A stretch of 64,000 nt of DNA, taken from the NCBI GenBank assembly GCA_000165345.1, contig CM000430.1, positions 864,001 through 928,000 of the forward strand, in the 5' to 3' direction. The notes below the pieces were generated by a model. That model saw only the letters and a program-made list of their open reading frames with translations, searched no databases and had not been told where the DNA came from. The translations under genes were made by a program, and so were the position numbers. Shown piece after piece: positions 18,976 to 32,404 of the stretch. How positions within the stretch are numbered: position 1 is the stretch's first letter; every line of letters starts with the position of its first letter.

Positions 18976-19970
18976 ATATCAATAAAAATCTGGGACAAAT
19001 TAATTTAAAAGGAATCAACACCCTTGTCAAATACGGGCATACAACACATACATTATTTATTAATTGCGTATGCTTACACCTTTTACCGTGGGGGGAGGAA
19101 TTTATAAATCTTCTAAAATTCCTAATGGGGGGCAGTCATAGGTACCTGTAATAATCAGATTAGACTTCACTTATTAATTCCAATTATTATAATATACGTA
19201 AAATTTCAATTTTTATTACTTATTTAATATATACGTATTTAATATATTTTTCTAATTATTTATTTATTAATTTATTACTATTTATTAATAAATTGAGCAA
19301 AATTCCCGCCCAAAGTAATATATTACGTGTATTTAAAAATATAATAAAATTAATAGTCCATATAAATTAAAAAAAAATTAATTAATAATATACAAGAACT
19401 CCCCTCAATTTTGTAGTGGTACTTTCCGCCAAATTTTGCGTGATCACAAGTCTACATTTGAATGACAGTACTATTACTAATTATATATTATCTTATTTTA
19501 ATAAGAACATAAGTACTATGATGAATTTATTTTATAAGAAGTTTGTGTTATTCAAAATTCTTTCTTTTTTCTTTCTCTCGATTTAAGTGGTACTTACTCC
19601 TCCCATAGATTTTTCAGTAAATCAACATTTTCCGAGTTTTTGCTGTATAATCTCTAAAAGTTATCAATAGTAATTCAGCCATTCTATTTTTAAACTTTTT
19701 TTTTAACATTCATTTCTACCAGTGATAAATTTAATACCCAATTAAAAATACCCGCCAAAGTTTTTGTCAATATTAATCAGATAACGATGGAATACTAGAA
19801 TTGAAGTATATTAAATGATAGTGGGAATTTTTGGCTATAGTTGTAATGATTAACTTCAACGATTTTATATTTTTAGAATTATTTATTTATATTTATCTAA
19901 CTCTAGTATTCAATAACCTATACTAAAAGATTCTTTACAATATATATCTTTGCTATAGCTAATGTATGTA

Positions 19971-20025
<55 letters not shown>

Positions 20026-20247
20026 CTAGTCAAATTCTTTCGAACTAGCTCAATTTAAACCTTTTTTGTACGAAAAAATAGTTCATTTTAATTTCAATTA
20101 TATTCATTGAAATATTTAAAACTAGACAGATAAGTGTTAGACGTAAATTTTGACAAAATTAGGTCAAACAGAGAAGTTTGACGAGAAAACTTAGATTGTC
20201 AGAAAATTAAAAAAAATAGGAAGAATAGTCAAATAATTAGTATTGAA

Positions 20248-21399
20248 ATGCATTCTTTAGGGAATTCTGGAGATATTCCAGATATGGCTAAAAATAGCGT
20301 GCTATTACATAGCGAACCAATTGATGATAATAGTAGGAAAGTGTTGGGTCCGTCTAAAAATAAATTTACAGATATTACAATCAAAGAATACTGTAAGGAT
20401 ATTAAAAAGATGGGATTTCAAGCTACAAATATTGGAAGAGCAATTGATGAGATTAATAAAATGTTAAGTTGGCGTTTATCAGATGAAAATATTGAACCAG
20501 ATGAAGTAGAACCATATAATGATTTAGAATATAGAAAAAATGTGAAATGTACAATTTGGTTAAGTTTTACATCAAATATGATTTCATCAGGACTTCGTGA
20601 GATATTTGTATATTTAGCAAAGAATAAGTTGATTGATGTAATTGTGACATCAGCTGGTGGCATTGAGGAGGATTTTATTAAGGTTTTAGGGAGTACATTT
20701 CTTGGTGAATTTAATCTTAAAGGTAGTGAACTTAGAAATAAAGGTTGGAATCGAATTGGAAATCTACTAGTTCCAAATCAAAATTATGTAGATTTTGAGG
20801 AATGGATCCAGCCTCTATTTGATGAAATGCTTGAAATGCAAAATAAAGATTCCATAAACTGGACACCTTCAAAAATGATCCATTTTCTGGGTGAGAAAAT
20901 TAATCATGATGAATCACTCTATTATTGGTGCTACAAAAATAATATACCAGTTTTCTGTCCAGGAATTACTGATGGATCATTAGGTGATAACTTATTTTTC
21001 CACTCATATAGGAACCCAGTAAGTTGATTTTGTTCATTTAGAACTAAATTATATATAAATATTCATTTTATTGCTATTTAGGGTCTCAAAGTTGATGTTG
21101 TTGAAGATATTAGAAGAATTAATGATATCGCTCTTAATATTAAAAAGAGTGGAATCATTATTCTTGGAGGAGGAATTCCTAAACACCATACTTGTAATGC
21201 AAATTTAATGAGAAATGGGGCTGACTATGCTGTTTACATATCAAGTGCAACTGAATTTGATGGTTCTGATTCTGGAGCTTCTCCTGATGAAGCTGTCAGC
21301 TGGGGAAAAATCAAAGCTGAAAGCACACCTGTAAAGGTTTTCGGAGATGCAACAATTATTTTCCCGCTTATTTTTTATTCTACTTTTCTTGATACATAG
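20248..21399 (+). CDS. DHS: Deoxyhypusine synthase, 2 exons
   Basis: Exons are 20248..21018 and 21082..21399. The 63-nt intron is GTAAGT..ATTTAG in phase 0. Exon 2 encodes [96 protein letters not shown]. This matches the conserved DHS C-terminus (GGGxxKHH...DEAVSWGKI...PVKVxxDAxxxFPL). Confidence 0.85.
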
Positions 21400-21675
21400 A
21401 TTTTTATATACTTATAAATAAATAAATTTTTTTTTTTAAGTTATTTGGGCTTAAATGCTCTAAATACGTCAATTGTACATTTTCCAAATTCGTCAATAAA
21501 TCTATAAATAATTATTTTATATATTTATGTATGTATAAATATATATTGAAATAAAAACAAGTGTTATGAAATTTTAACAAAATTGTATATGCAAAAATAA
21601 GTGGCCTGAATTGCATGTAATTTATTACACAAATAGGCGGGAAATCCCAAATAATTGCATATATGTTATTACAAC

Positions 21676-22614
21676 TTACCTGTATCTAATAAACTTAATT
21701 TTAGTATTTTCATCCCCAGGTTGTGTCCATCTTGTTTCAATAACTTTACCAGGTAGATTTTCACTTTCACGAGTCATACAAATTGCAGTAACAAGTTGAT
21801 TATTGGTTTTTTCATGTTTAAATTCAATAAACTCAACTCTATTTCTCCATATTCCCACCTCAGGGTTCTTTTCTATAAAAATTTCACCTGACAAATCCCA
21901 GTTCAGAATTTGTGTAGGTCCAAAAAATGGCTCTATCTTAATAACAAGTAATTTTTCATTAGATATTTCAACTTTTAAGGTGTAGCTGCCTTTATTAATT
22001 ACTTTTCTTTTTAACATTCCAACACCAATTTTCTGTAAGAACTGCTCCATATTATCAGATTCCTCACTAATAATCTGCCAGCTTCCAACTAAATCCTGAA
22101 TACATTCTATTTTATTTGATTTTTTTTTTTAAAGTGTTATAAAAAATTGGATTTTTTTATTTTTAACTTACTTTGATTCTTTTCATTTCTTTTCTTTAAG
22201 TCATCTAACTTTTCTATTACATTTTGATTATTTTTTTTGTAATTTATAAAATTTTCTTTAAATCCTACATTACTGAGTAATTTGGGAAGCTCCTCTTTAA
22301 CTAAGACTAAATTAATAATATAATATTCAATAATTTCTCTAATAAGCTTGGAGGATAAGAATTAGATGTATAAGAAACTTACAATTTGGATTTCCTTCGA
22401 TAGGTACATACAAATTATAATCGTCATTCTCCAATAGCTGGGAATAACAAAACATAATTTCATCATATAGTGTACTAGTACCATCCAAACTAATTTGGCC
22501 ATCTCCAGGAGATTCAACTGATGTAATACTTATCTCAAAATGTTCTCCAAAGTCATAGGTCCTAAACTCGCTATAATCCTCCTTCTGTTTTAAAAATGTA
22601 AAGCAATCACACAT
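21676..22614 (-). CDS. Protein with a C-terminal FABP/calycin-like lipid-binding beta-barrel domain and a ~125-aa N-terminal extension, 3 exons
   Basis: Exons on the minus strand are 22412..22614, 22172..22338 and 21676..22106. Introns are 73 nt (GTATGT..TTATTAG) and 65 nt (GTAAGT..AAAATAG). The frame is continuous across both junctions. The domain sequence is KCIQDLVGSWQIISEESDNMEQFLQKIGVGMLKRKVINKGSYTLKVEI...VTAICMTRE...IKFIRYR. It aligns with cytosolic FABPs ([27 protein letters not shown]...). Confidence 0.6.
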
Positions 22615-23257
22615 GTATCTCTATTAATAAATTTATTCCAGAATAATCAGTGGTATAGGCTTATTTTAAAGTATTTGTTGTCATTACTCAGTATGGCAAT
22701 TAAAATTAGCCTGAATAAAAGGTATATATATCTGACACTTATAAATTTATTTTCTTTTTTTTAAGAAAAAAAAAAAGATGCCTGTTTTCTACCTATTTAT
22801 TCCAATTTTATAGATTGCATGAACTTTCCTTTTTCTAAAAAGCCGTTTGGCGCCTAAAGTGCATTATTTTTTATATTATTTTCTTTTATAAAGTTTGAAC
22901 TCGAGAATATGGGAAAAAAGAGGGAAGGAGGGGGGTGAGAAAAATATATATAAATATTAGAGAATAGAGATGAGAAAGGATAAAGAGCAATGACGTGAAA
23001 TTAGGTCAGCACTCATCAAGTACAAAAAAAATGAAATGAAGATTTATAACTTTCTAATTAAAAAAAAAAAATTTAAAATCAACTTTATATACAATTATTT
23101 TTTGACCAGTTTTTAAAATAATTTTAGACTTCCGCCGCCCCCCAATTAAAAAAATTACATGTAATTTAGTATGCCGCCTAATTTATTTTATATACAATAT
23201 TATTTATTTTATTAATGCCGGTACTCGTGTCTCTTTGTCTAAATTTTTAAAAACGGG

Positions 23258-23287
23258 TGGCGCCAACCATCTTTTTGGCGGCAACTG
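23258..23287. promoter_or_regulatory. E2F-like double site GGGTGGCGCCAACC ... TTTTTGGCGGCAA
   Basis: It lies 275 bp upstream of the EF-1beta ATG. Further CCGCC and GCCGG motifs sit at 23131-23226 in the same divergent promoter. Confidence 0.5.
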
Positions 23288-23561
23288 TAAACATATATTA
23301 AAAGAGTAATAAATTAGTAATAACAAAAGTAAATAAAATAGTAAATGAGGGGAAATTTTTATTAATGTATATAATTAATTTAATTAAAAATAGGGTAAAT
23401 GGAAGAAACATAGTTAAATTGAAAATATAATAACCAATATATTGTGAATATTAATTGTTAAAAAAAATTACCTTTAATTCACATTTTGTATTAATTAGAA
23501 TTAATTGAGCAAAATTTCATATAGCAGTTTTTTTATTGTTTCTAGTTAAATTAAGGATAAA

Positions 23562-24305
23562 ATGGATAAATTCGGAGACATCTCAACTGATGCAGGAAGA
23601 AAGAAGCTTAATGACTATCTTTCAACAAGATCTTATATGAATGGAGTTTCACCAACACAAGATGATGTAGAAGCATTATATATGATAATGAAGGCTGGTG
23701 GATTCTGTGATTTCCAACACATTTGCAGATATGTATCTCATATTCAAAGCTTTAGTGCTATGGAAAGAGATGCATTCCCAGGTGAATCATTCAAAAATAA
23801 ACTAAAGAATAAGGGATGTACTAAGGAAAAGAAGTCAAACGATGATGACTTTGACTTATTTGGAGATGATGATGAAGATATGGAAGCAGCCAAGAAAGCT
23901 ATGGAAGCAAAGAAGAAGGCATTACAAGATAAGAAAGCAAAAGAAAAACCAGCAAGCAAATCTTCTCTTGTTTTGGATATCAAGCCATCATCATTAGATG
24001 TTGACTTAGATGCTGTGGCTAAAATGATCAGAGCATTAAAAATTGAAGGTGTTGAATTCTCAGAGGGTGAAAAGAAAGTTCCTGTAGCTTTTGGTCTTTT
24101 CAAATTACAAATGGGTGCAACTATTATTGATGATTTAGTCAATACTCAAGACATTGTTGATTCAATTGAGACTCTCGGTATGACTGATGAACAAAAGAAG
24201 AAGTTCTCTGAGAAGGATGATGCATGTGGTGATGATGATGAAGAAGAAGAGGAAGAGTATGGACTTGTCCAATCTTGTGAGATTGTCAGTTTCAATAAGC
24301 TTTAA
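23562..24305 (+). CDS. EF1B: Translation elongation factor 1-beta (EF-1B guanine-nucleotide exchange subunit)
   Basis: 247-aa ORF. It has an N-terminal GST-like region and an acidic linker (DDDFDLFGDDDEDMEAAKKAMEAKK). The conserved C-terminal exchange domain reads LVLDIKPSSLDVDLDAVAKMIRALKIEGVEFSEGEKKVPVAFGLFKLQMGATIIDDLVNTQDIVDSIETL...VQSCEIVSFNKL. GC and codon bias are higher than in neighbouring genes. Confidence 0.9.
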   Translation: MDKFGDISTDAGRKKLNDYLSTRSYMNGVSPTQDDVEALYMIMKAGGFCDFQHICRYVSHIQSFSAMERDAFPGESFKNKLKNKGCTKEKKSNDDDFDLFGDDDEDMEAAKKAMEAKKKALQDKKAKEKPASKSSLVLDIKPSSLDVDLDAVAKMIRALKIEGVEFSEGEKKVPVAFGLFKLQMGATIIDDLVNTQDIVDSIETLGMTDEQKKKFSEKDDACGDDDEEEEEEYGLVQSCEIVSFNKL

Positions 24306-24796
24306 GAGTTTTGAGATTTAATTCAGCTAAAATAGCTAGCTAGTATTTAACCTAATACACGACTCCTTTCTAGTAATTTTTTTTTCTTTGACATTTTCAA
24401 TCTGTATTACTTATTCTGATAACTTCTCGTCTTGAATATAATAAAGAATAACATTAATATCTTCCAATTTGGAATTTTAATTTAATTAATTATCTTCAAT
24501 TTGTGCTCAATCAGTGATTCTTATACTTCTTTTTCATTTGCTCCCCCAATTTTGCATGGCTTGATAATATTATTAATGAGAATAATTGGCGCCATCAACG
24601 AATGCCGGCAATAATATTCCTTAAAAGAGTTGTCTTGAATCATTCCCGCCAAAGTAAAGCCAATAAATATTATTCGATTATTGACTAAATAAAAGAAAAT
24701 TATTAATAAGGAATTGGATCGAGCAGGATAGTCAACATAATTAGTCAGGAGAGAAAGAGATTTAGTAGAAACGGGTATTTTTTTGACTTTGGAGAG

Positions 24797-26278
24797 ATGA
24801 GGTCTACAGAGCAAGTTAAGCTCATAGGTAAATTAGCATCTTCTGAGCATACCTCAACAGCAGAGAAACGATCTAGGATATTGAGTCATGCACCACACTG
24901 GAAAAAGTATGAATTAGCTGGCGCACTTCCTGTTGGTTCTTCAGTAAAATTAATGGCATTACATAATCAATCGCTTTTGGTAAGAAGCCAGTTATTAAGC
25001 TCAGACAAACAATTGCGCCAATTAGTTTTGAATTGTTTAGGCATTACGCCAGATTTAGAACCAGCTCAGTATATTCTTACTATGATTTATGAGCTTGTAA
25101 GAGATGATGCTGGGCAATATCACGGTTTTGTGGAAACTACCAAAGGAATTCCAATTTTTGAAAAGTTTATGCAATTTTTAGAACGTCCCAAAGTTGATAG
25201 TTACCTTTCTGATAAACTCTTATTCTTCTTGTCTGGCTTAATTAGTCATTCCAATGATGGGGCTTACACAAAAGAGAACATTACAGAACTTATTGATCAT
25301 TTATTTAAAACACCAGAAAATAGAAGAAGTCTTTCAGGAGCCAGTCAAGATGATTCTTCATCATCCTCTATAGCATCAAGTTCTAATGTTAACAGAATGG
25401 AAAGTTCTTATTCTACTTTAAATGGAGGCTACTGTTCTGTTATAGGTGCATTGGATGTTCTTGGAAATTTAGTAAAAGTTGACGCTTATAGAATGCTTGT
25501 TTTATCTCATCCAAATGTTGTTGAATTCATTTCCTCAAATCTATCATCAAGCTCACCTACATCCCATATATACAAAGCATGTGTTATTGTATGGTTACTT
25601 TCTTTTAATGAAGAAACTGTTCCTATTCTAGTTTCAAGAGACCTTATTAGACAGATTGCTAATACTATTATTGATTGTAGATCTGAAAAAGTTGTTAGAG
25701 TTACTCTTAATCTACTTAAGAATGTTATGAACAATGATGCAGCTATTGAAAGTATAATTGATTTGGGATTATTACAATATCTTACTATTTTAGAATATGA
25801 AAAATGGCTAGACCCTGAAATCTACGAAGAAATTCGTCAAGGACAAATCATGATCGACCAAAAACTCAAACAGTTCTCAAATTTTGACAGATACTGCATT
25901 GAACTTGAAAAGAAAAAATTCAAGTGGTCATTTTTACATACAGAGAAGTTCTGGCTTGAAAATGTTATGAATTTTGAATCTGATGAATTTGCTGCCATTA
26001 AAAAGCTTGCACATTTATTGAAGACTTCTGATGATCCTGTTACTCTTGCTGTTGCATGTTTTGATATTGGTGAATTTGCCAGACTTTATCCAATGGGTAA
26101 ACAAATTCTTGGAAAGTTAAATGTTAAAGAGGTATTAATGACTCTTATGACTTCTCCAAATCGTGAAATTTCTAAAGAGGCTTTATTATCAATACAGAAG
26201 CTTATGCTTAATAAATGGAACCGAGCCAATATTGGCAGTAATTCTGGGTCTAATACAACAACCACAGTCAAATCCTAG
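24797..26278 (+). CDS. V-type H+-ATPase subunit H (VMA13-like)
   Basis: 493-aa ORF. QYILTMIYELVRDD matches the V1H N-terminal motif QYILTMVDDML. The C-terminal block EKFWLENVMNF...LLKTSDDPVTLAVACFDIGEFARLYPMGKQILGKLNVKEVLMTLM...ALLSIQKLML matches EKFWRENA...[42 protein letters not shown]...ALLAVQKLMV. Confidence 0.9.
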   Translation: MRSTEQVKLIGKLASSEHTSTAEKRSRILSHAPHWKKYELAGALPVGSSVKLMALHNQSLLVRSQLLSSDKQLRQLVLNCLGITPDLEPAQYILTMIYELVRDDAGQYHGFVETTKGIPIFEKFMQFLERPKVDSYLSDKLLFFLSGLISHSNDGAYTKENITELIDHLFKTPENRRSLSGASQDDSSSSSIASSSNVNRMESSYSTLNGGYCSVIGALDVLGNLVKVDAYRMLVLSHPNVVEFISSNLSSSSPTSHIYKACVIVWLLSFNEETVPILVSRDLIRQIANTIIDCRSEKVVRVTLNLLKNVMNNDAAIESIIDLGLLQYLTILEYEKWLDPEIYEEIRQGQIMIDQKLKQFSNFDRYCIELEKKKFKWSFLHTEKFWLENVMNFESDEFAAIKKLAHLLKTSDDPVTLAVACFDIGEFARLYPMGKQILGKLNVKEVLMTLMTSPNREISKEALLSIQKLMLNKWNRANIGSNSGSNTTTTVKS

Positions 26279-27197
26279 ATTAATAAGGAGTGGAAATAAA
26301 GATTAGAAATGCAAACTAAATTTAAAGAACAGAGATAACAAAACTATTTTGAAACATGTTTCCCCCCTCATCCTCCCTAAGAATATAATCACTAATACTT
26401 GTATGAACGAATTTTAATTTGCGGAAATCATATTTATTTCCCAAAATATTATTTTAATAAACAAACCTTCATTTTACTAAAAACTTGACTTTTTAGTCTA
26501 GAATTATTTTAATTTTTATTTACTTACAATTTGTGTTACCGCCAAAAACCTCCTAATATTTTAATGCATGTCCACATGCAAAGTATACTTCTAATATTAT
26601 GCCAAATGGGAATAATTGTTTGATATTACATGCATGTATGCATGCAGGCTCATGTGGATTCGAGTAGAAAATCACATGACATGACAATATAGGGCAAGGA
26701 ATGACAGAAAAAAGTATTAACAAAGGAAAAATTAATAATAAAAATAAGAAAATGTCATGAAGAAATTATAAATTTGCATGAATTAATGAAAATTTGGGAG
26801 AAAAAAAAATGCAAGAATGTGATTGGAATAAAGTGACAGTATGTCGATTAAAACTATTAGAGAACCCACAAAAACAAAAAAAAATGCACTTAAATAGTTG
26901 CGAGTCATATTGACAGATTACAAAGTTAATTCTGAGGAAAATAAATATTAATAAAAATATTATTATATTTTTGTTATTATTAAATTTAAAGTAATATTAC
27001 TTAAAAGATTAAAAGTTATTAGGAAATACATAATTACACAAGATATTACTAATTCCTCTAATTGTGTATGTAAAGAATTTCACAATTACTAACATTAATT
27101 AGAATTTATTTGAGTAATCAAAGAATAAATAAATATATTTATTTAATATAATATATATTATATAAGGATATTAAATCGTTCAAAATAAAGATAAAAG

Positions 27198-27988
27198 ATG
27201 GCTAAAGGAATGCAAAGTATTTCAAATAAAATCCTTGTAGATGGTTTAAATGAACAAATTACTAAAGGTATGTTAATTTCAAACATATAACATTAAATAA
27301 TATTATTTATTAATTTTATTATTCTTAAAAGACCAACTTATAAGGCACTTTGAAAAATTTGGAAATGTTGAGAATTGCCAATATATTCAAGTAATGAACT
27401 TTGCTATTATTACTTTTTCAGAAAAAGGTGTTACAGATAATGCATTAAGATCACCACACGTTATTATGGGAAGAGAGGTTAATTGCAGATTATATTGTGA
27501 TAAATTGGAAGACCTTGCAGGTGAGAATTCTCAAGGTACAATGTTCAGAACTGAAAAAATATTTGTTGGAAATCTTCCTACAACTTGTTCACAAGATATT
27601 CTTAGGAAATATTTTGAACAATTTGGGCAAATAAGTGATTGTGTAATGATGTGTGATAAAAAGAGTGGTATTGGAAGAGGTAAGTTAAAACTATTCTTAT
27701 TCAAATATTTATTTTTATTTATAAAACCTTAATATATTCTTTCAATTATTAGGATTCGGATTTGTTACATTTACTAGCACAAGTGTAGTAGATGAAATAA
27801 TTAGAGCTTATGATGAACACTATATAGATGGACAATGGGTTGAAGTTAAAAGAGCAAGCCCAGAAAATGCTTTAAGAGGTGGTAATATGTCTTGCAATGG
27901 TATAAGTTCTCTTAATGCTACAAATTTATCAACTAGAGAAAAAAATAATACAAGTCTTTTGATCAAAAGTTTTAATTCAAATTTGTAA
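27198..27988 (+). CDS. Two-RRM RNA-binding protein (hnRNP A/B or Musashi type), 3 exons
   Basis: Exons are 27198..27267, 27332..27679 and 27753..27988. Introns are 64 nt (GTATGT..CTTAAAAG) and 73 nt (GTAAGT..ATTATTAG). RRM1 reads KILVDGLNEQITKDQLIRHFEKFGNVENC...NFAIITF. RRM2 reads KIFVGNLPTTCSQDILRKYFEQFGQISDCVMMCDKKSGIGRG/FGFVTFTSTSVVDEII, and its RNP1 motif spans the last splice junction. Confidence 0.7.
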
Positions 27989-29751
27989 AGATTTTAAATA
28001 AAAAAAAAATTACAGTTCAACAAGGAATTGTTATTCTTTTATTTGAGAAAAAAACTTTTTATTCAATGATTGAAAACAGCTTTTAAATCCAAAATAGAAT
28101 AGAAATACTTATTGGAAATGGATAACACTTTTTATCTAAAAAAAAATTCTACCTTTAAAAAAAAATAATAAACCAATAAGTTACAATTTTAATAGCACTC
28201 ACTCTTATGGTATTCTTAATTTATTATTCAGTATTCTGAGTGATAGTGTATCAGTTTTAGGAAATAATAAAGTATTCATTCATTATTAAAGAAAAAAAAA
28301 GTCTGAACATTAGTAAAACAAGATGATAATTTTCTAAAATTTATCAACAAAGTATTAATCAACCCATTGTTTTACATTATATTGATTTAACAAAAGCACC
28401 ATAATAAATTATAATCAAACTGTAAACTATTTACTTAATTGCATGCTTTTTTTTTCTATTGAAATAAAAATCACATATTATTTATTTTCACTTATACTTT
28501 ACCGCCAAAACCCCATTTTATTATTTATATATATTACCCATTCAACAAAAATTAAAACGAACCCGCCATAGTAGGCAAGACGCGGTACGCAGGGAAATTA
28601 TTAAATAATAAAGGTATCGGGTACTTATAACATGTATTGGTAAATTAATTATATGTATTAAAAAACAAATATATATTTTCATTTATTTTTGCAAATATAT
28701 TATATATTCGCAAATAGTAACCTATCATATACATTAATTCTTTATTTATTTAATAAAATCAAATCATATAATCTAAATTTTTGGCTATACATTAATTTAA
28801 CTAAATAATAACTTTACGTCTGGCGTCTATCAATTAAATTGTTTATTAAATAAATTGGTATTTAAAACTAAAAGAAATAAACGTATACGTGGAAATATAT
28901 TAAACAATAAGTTAATTTAAATAGTAAATTAATTTGCGAGGCAAATAATATATGTACGTGCACCAGTCAATAGCCTACAAAATATAAGAGCTAAGTACAT
29001 GGTACTTTGCAGTGCGCATATGTATATCCATGTAAACTAAATTTTATATTATATGTTTGGAAATTTGTCTGTTTTTTTTTTTTTTGTAATTTAGAGAATA
29101 AGTTTTAGAAGACTATTTATTATATATAAACAACAAGAGGCGAGAATCGAAGTATTTTGTAAGAAAACTATTACAGAAAATATTAAGGTACCTAGCAAAG
29201 TAAAAAGGTTATAAATTATTCAAGTTTTTCATACAAATTACTGCCTATATACATATATATTTTTATTATTTTTATTAATTTACCATATATTATTATATAA
29301 ACTTGAAGGTATATTCTCAAATAGTAAGCTCGCAAATCCATATTAAGAAATACATTTCAAAATTGATGTATATATTTTGAATATTAATAAAATAGGTAAC
29401 ATATAATAATATTTGGATATATTTTCTTAATCACAAGTTTTTTTGGTCCATTAACAAAAGTTTAATTAGTATTACAAACACTAATCCTAATTTATAAGGG
29501 AAAATCAGAGCAAAAGAACATACTACAGGAATTGTATACTTTGTATATTTGTATTTAACAATCAACAAATTTATGTGTTTATAAAGTTTATAAATATATA
29601 TATAATATATATATATTTATATATATATATATATATTATATATATGCTATAATTACATTTATATATTATAATTTATATTCTAAAGCTACTTATAAACTAT
29701 TTCACTAGTTATTTATATATTGGAAAGTTAATATAAAACAAATAAGTAAGA

Positions 29752-29794
<43 letters not shown>

Positions 29795-29939
29795 CTATTA
29801 AGAAGGAACTAAATATACTTTAACGCTAAGAATATTATTAATAACTAGCATTTGGATCTAAAGCTAGGGGATCTGTTGTTAGGCCAGATACTATATAATC
29901 TTTCATTTATTGCTTTATTATTAATTATTGGAAAAGGTA

Positions 29940-31697
<1,758 letters not shown>

Positions 31698-32404
31698 ATG
31701 ATAATTTCAATAAAAATTATTAAAAGGGTAAATATGTGGCTTTATTTTTATGGCTTCAAACAACTATTGGCTAAAAAGTGAAACCTCTACTTTAGAACTA
31801 TTTTATTATAATTGCCTCAGATTGTTGGGATGTATAGTATTATTAGTTATTTACAAAAGAGTTAGGTGTTTTACTTTGCAAGTTGCTTTTGAGATAAAAC
31901 TCAAACAATATGAACATCTCAGGGCTTCTTTAATTTTTTTTTAAATTGTTTTGGGATTTTTTTTGTTTTAATTATTTACTTTCTCCATTAACTTTTCTTG
32001 GTTTCTGTTTTTTTGTGCCTATATTGTATTTACATGCGCATGCAATTTCATTGTTTGCTTGTTTTTAAAATTAAATTACGTGTTCGGGCGCCATACCCAG
32101 GAATTTATAAAGTAATTGCTTGTGGAAGGTTGGGTACAATATTGCCAAATAGAGGGGTTAAATTGTGAAAGAAAAAGATAAAAGAAAATGGGGTTCAGAA
32201 ATTTGATTTTTTGTTTCTAAACTTTGGAAAATTAGATAACAAAAAAAATAGTAAATTTTGAGCTACAAAATAAGAGTTTTTTTTCAAGTTGGAAGGAATT
32301 AACTTTTAGCCAACAGTAGAAAATAAGATTTAAAATTTGAAAGAAGATATTGAACAGAAGATAAATAAAGTTAATTTTAGTGAAGAAAAAATTAAGAAAA
32401 AAAT

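Noticed and set aside
22412-22440. Consensus GTAAGT donor at 22384-22389 (minus strand) as the first intron donor of the FABP-like gene
   Set aside because: Every acceptor compatible with that phase-1 donor creates an in-frame stop. The GTATGT donor 25 nt upstream gives a 73-nt intron and an open frame. I chose it and regard the GTAAGT as intronic.
24797-24840. GTAAAT..TAG near the V-ATPase H start that could be a short 5' intron
   Set aside because: The continuous ORF from the ATG at 24797 gives a plausible N-terminus that is in frame with the conserved QYILTM block. There is no need for splicing, and the GTAAAT donor is weak.
27391-27421. Possible 31-nt intron (GTAATG..TTTTCAG) in the RRM gene
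   Set aside because: It is far shorter than every other intron here, which are 62-104 nt. Reading straight through keeps the frame and yields an RNP1-like NFAIITF motif. I treated it as exonic.
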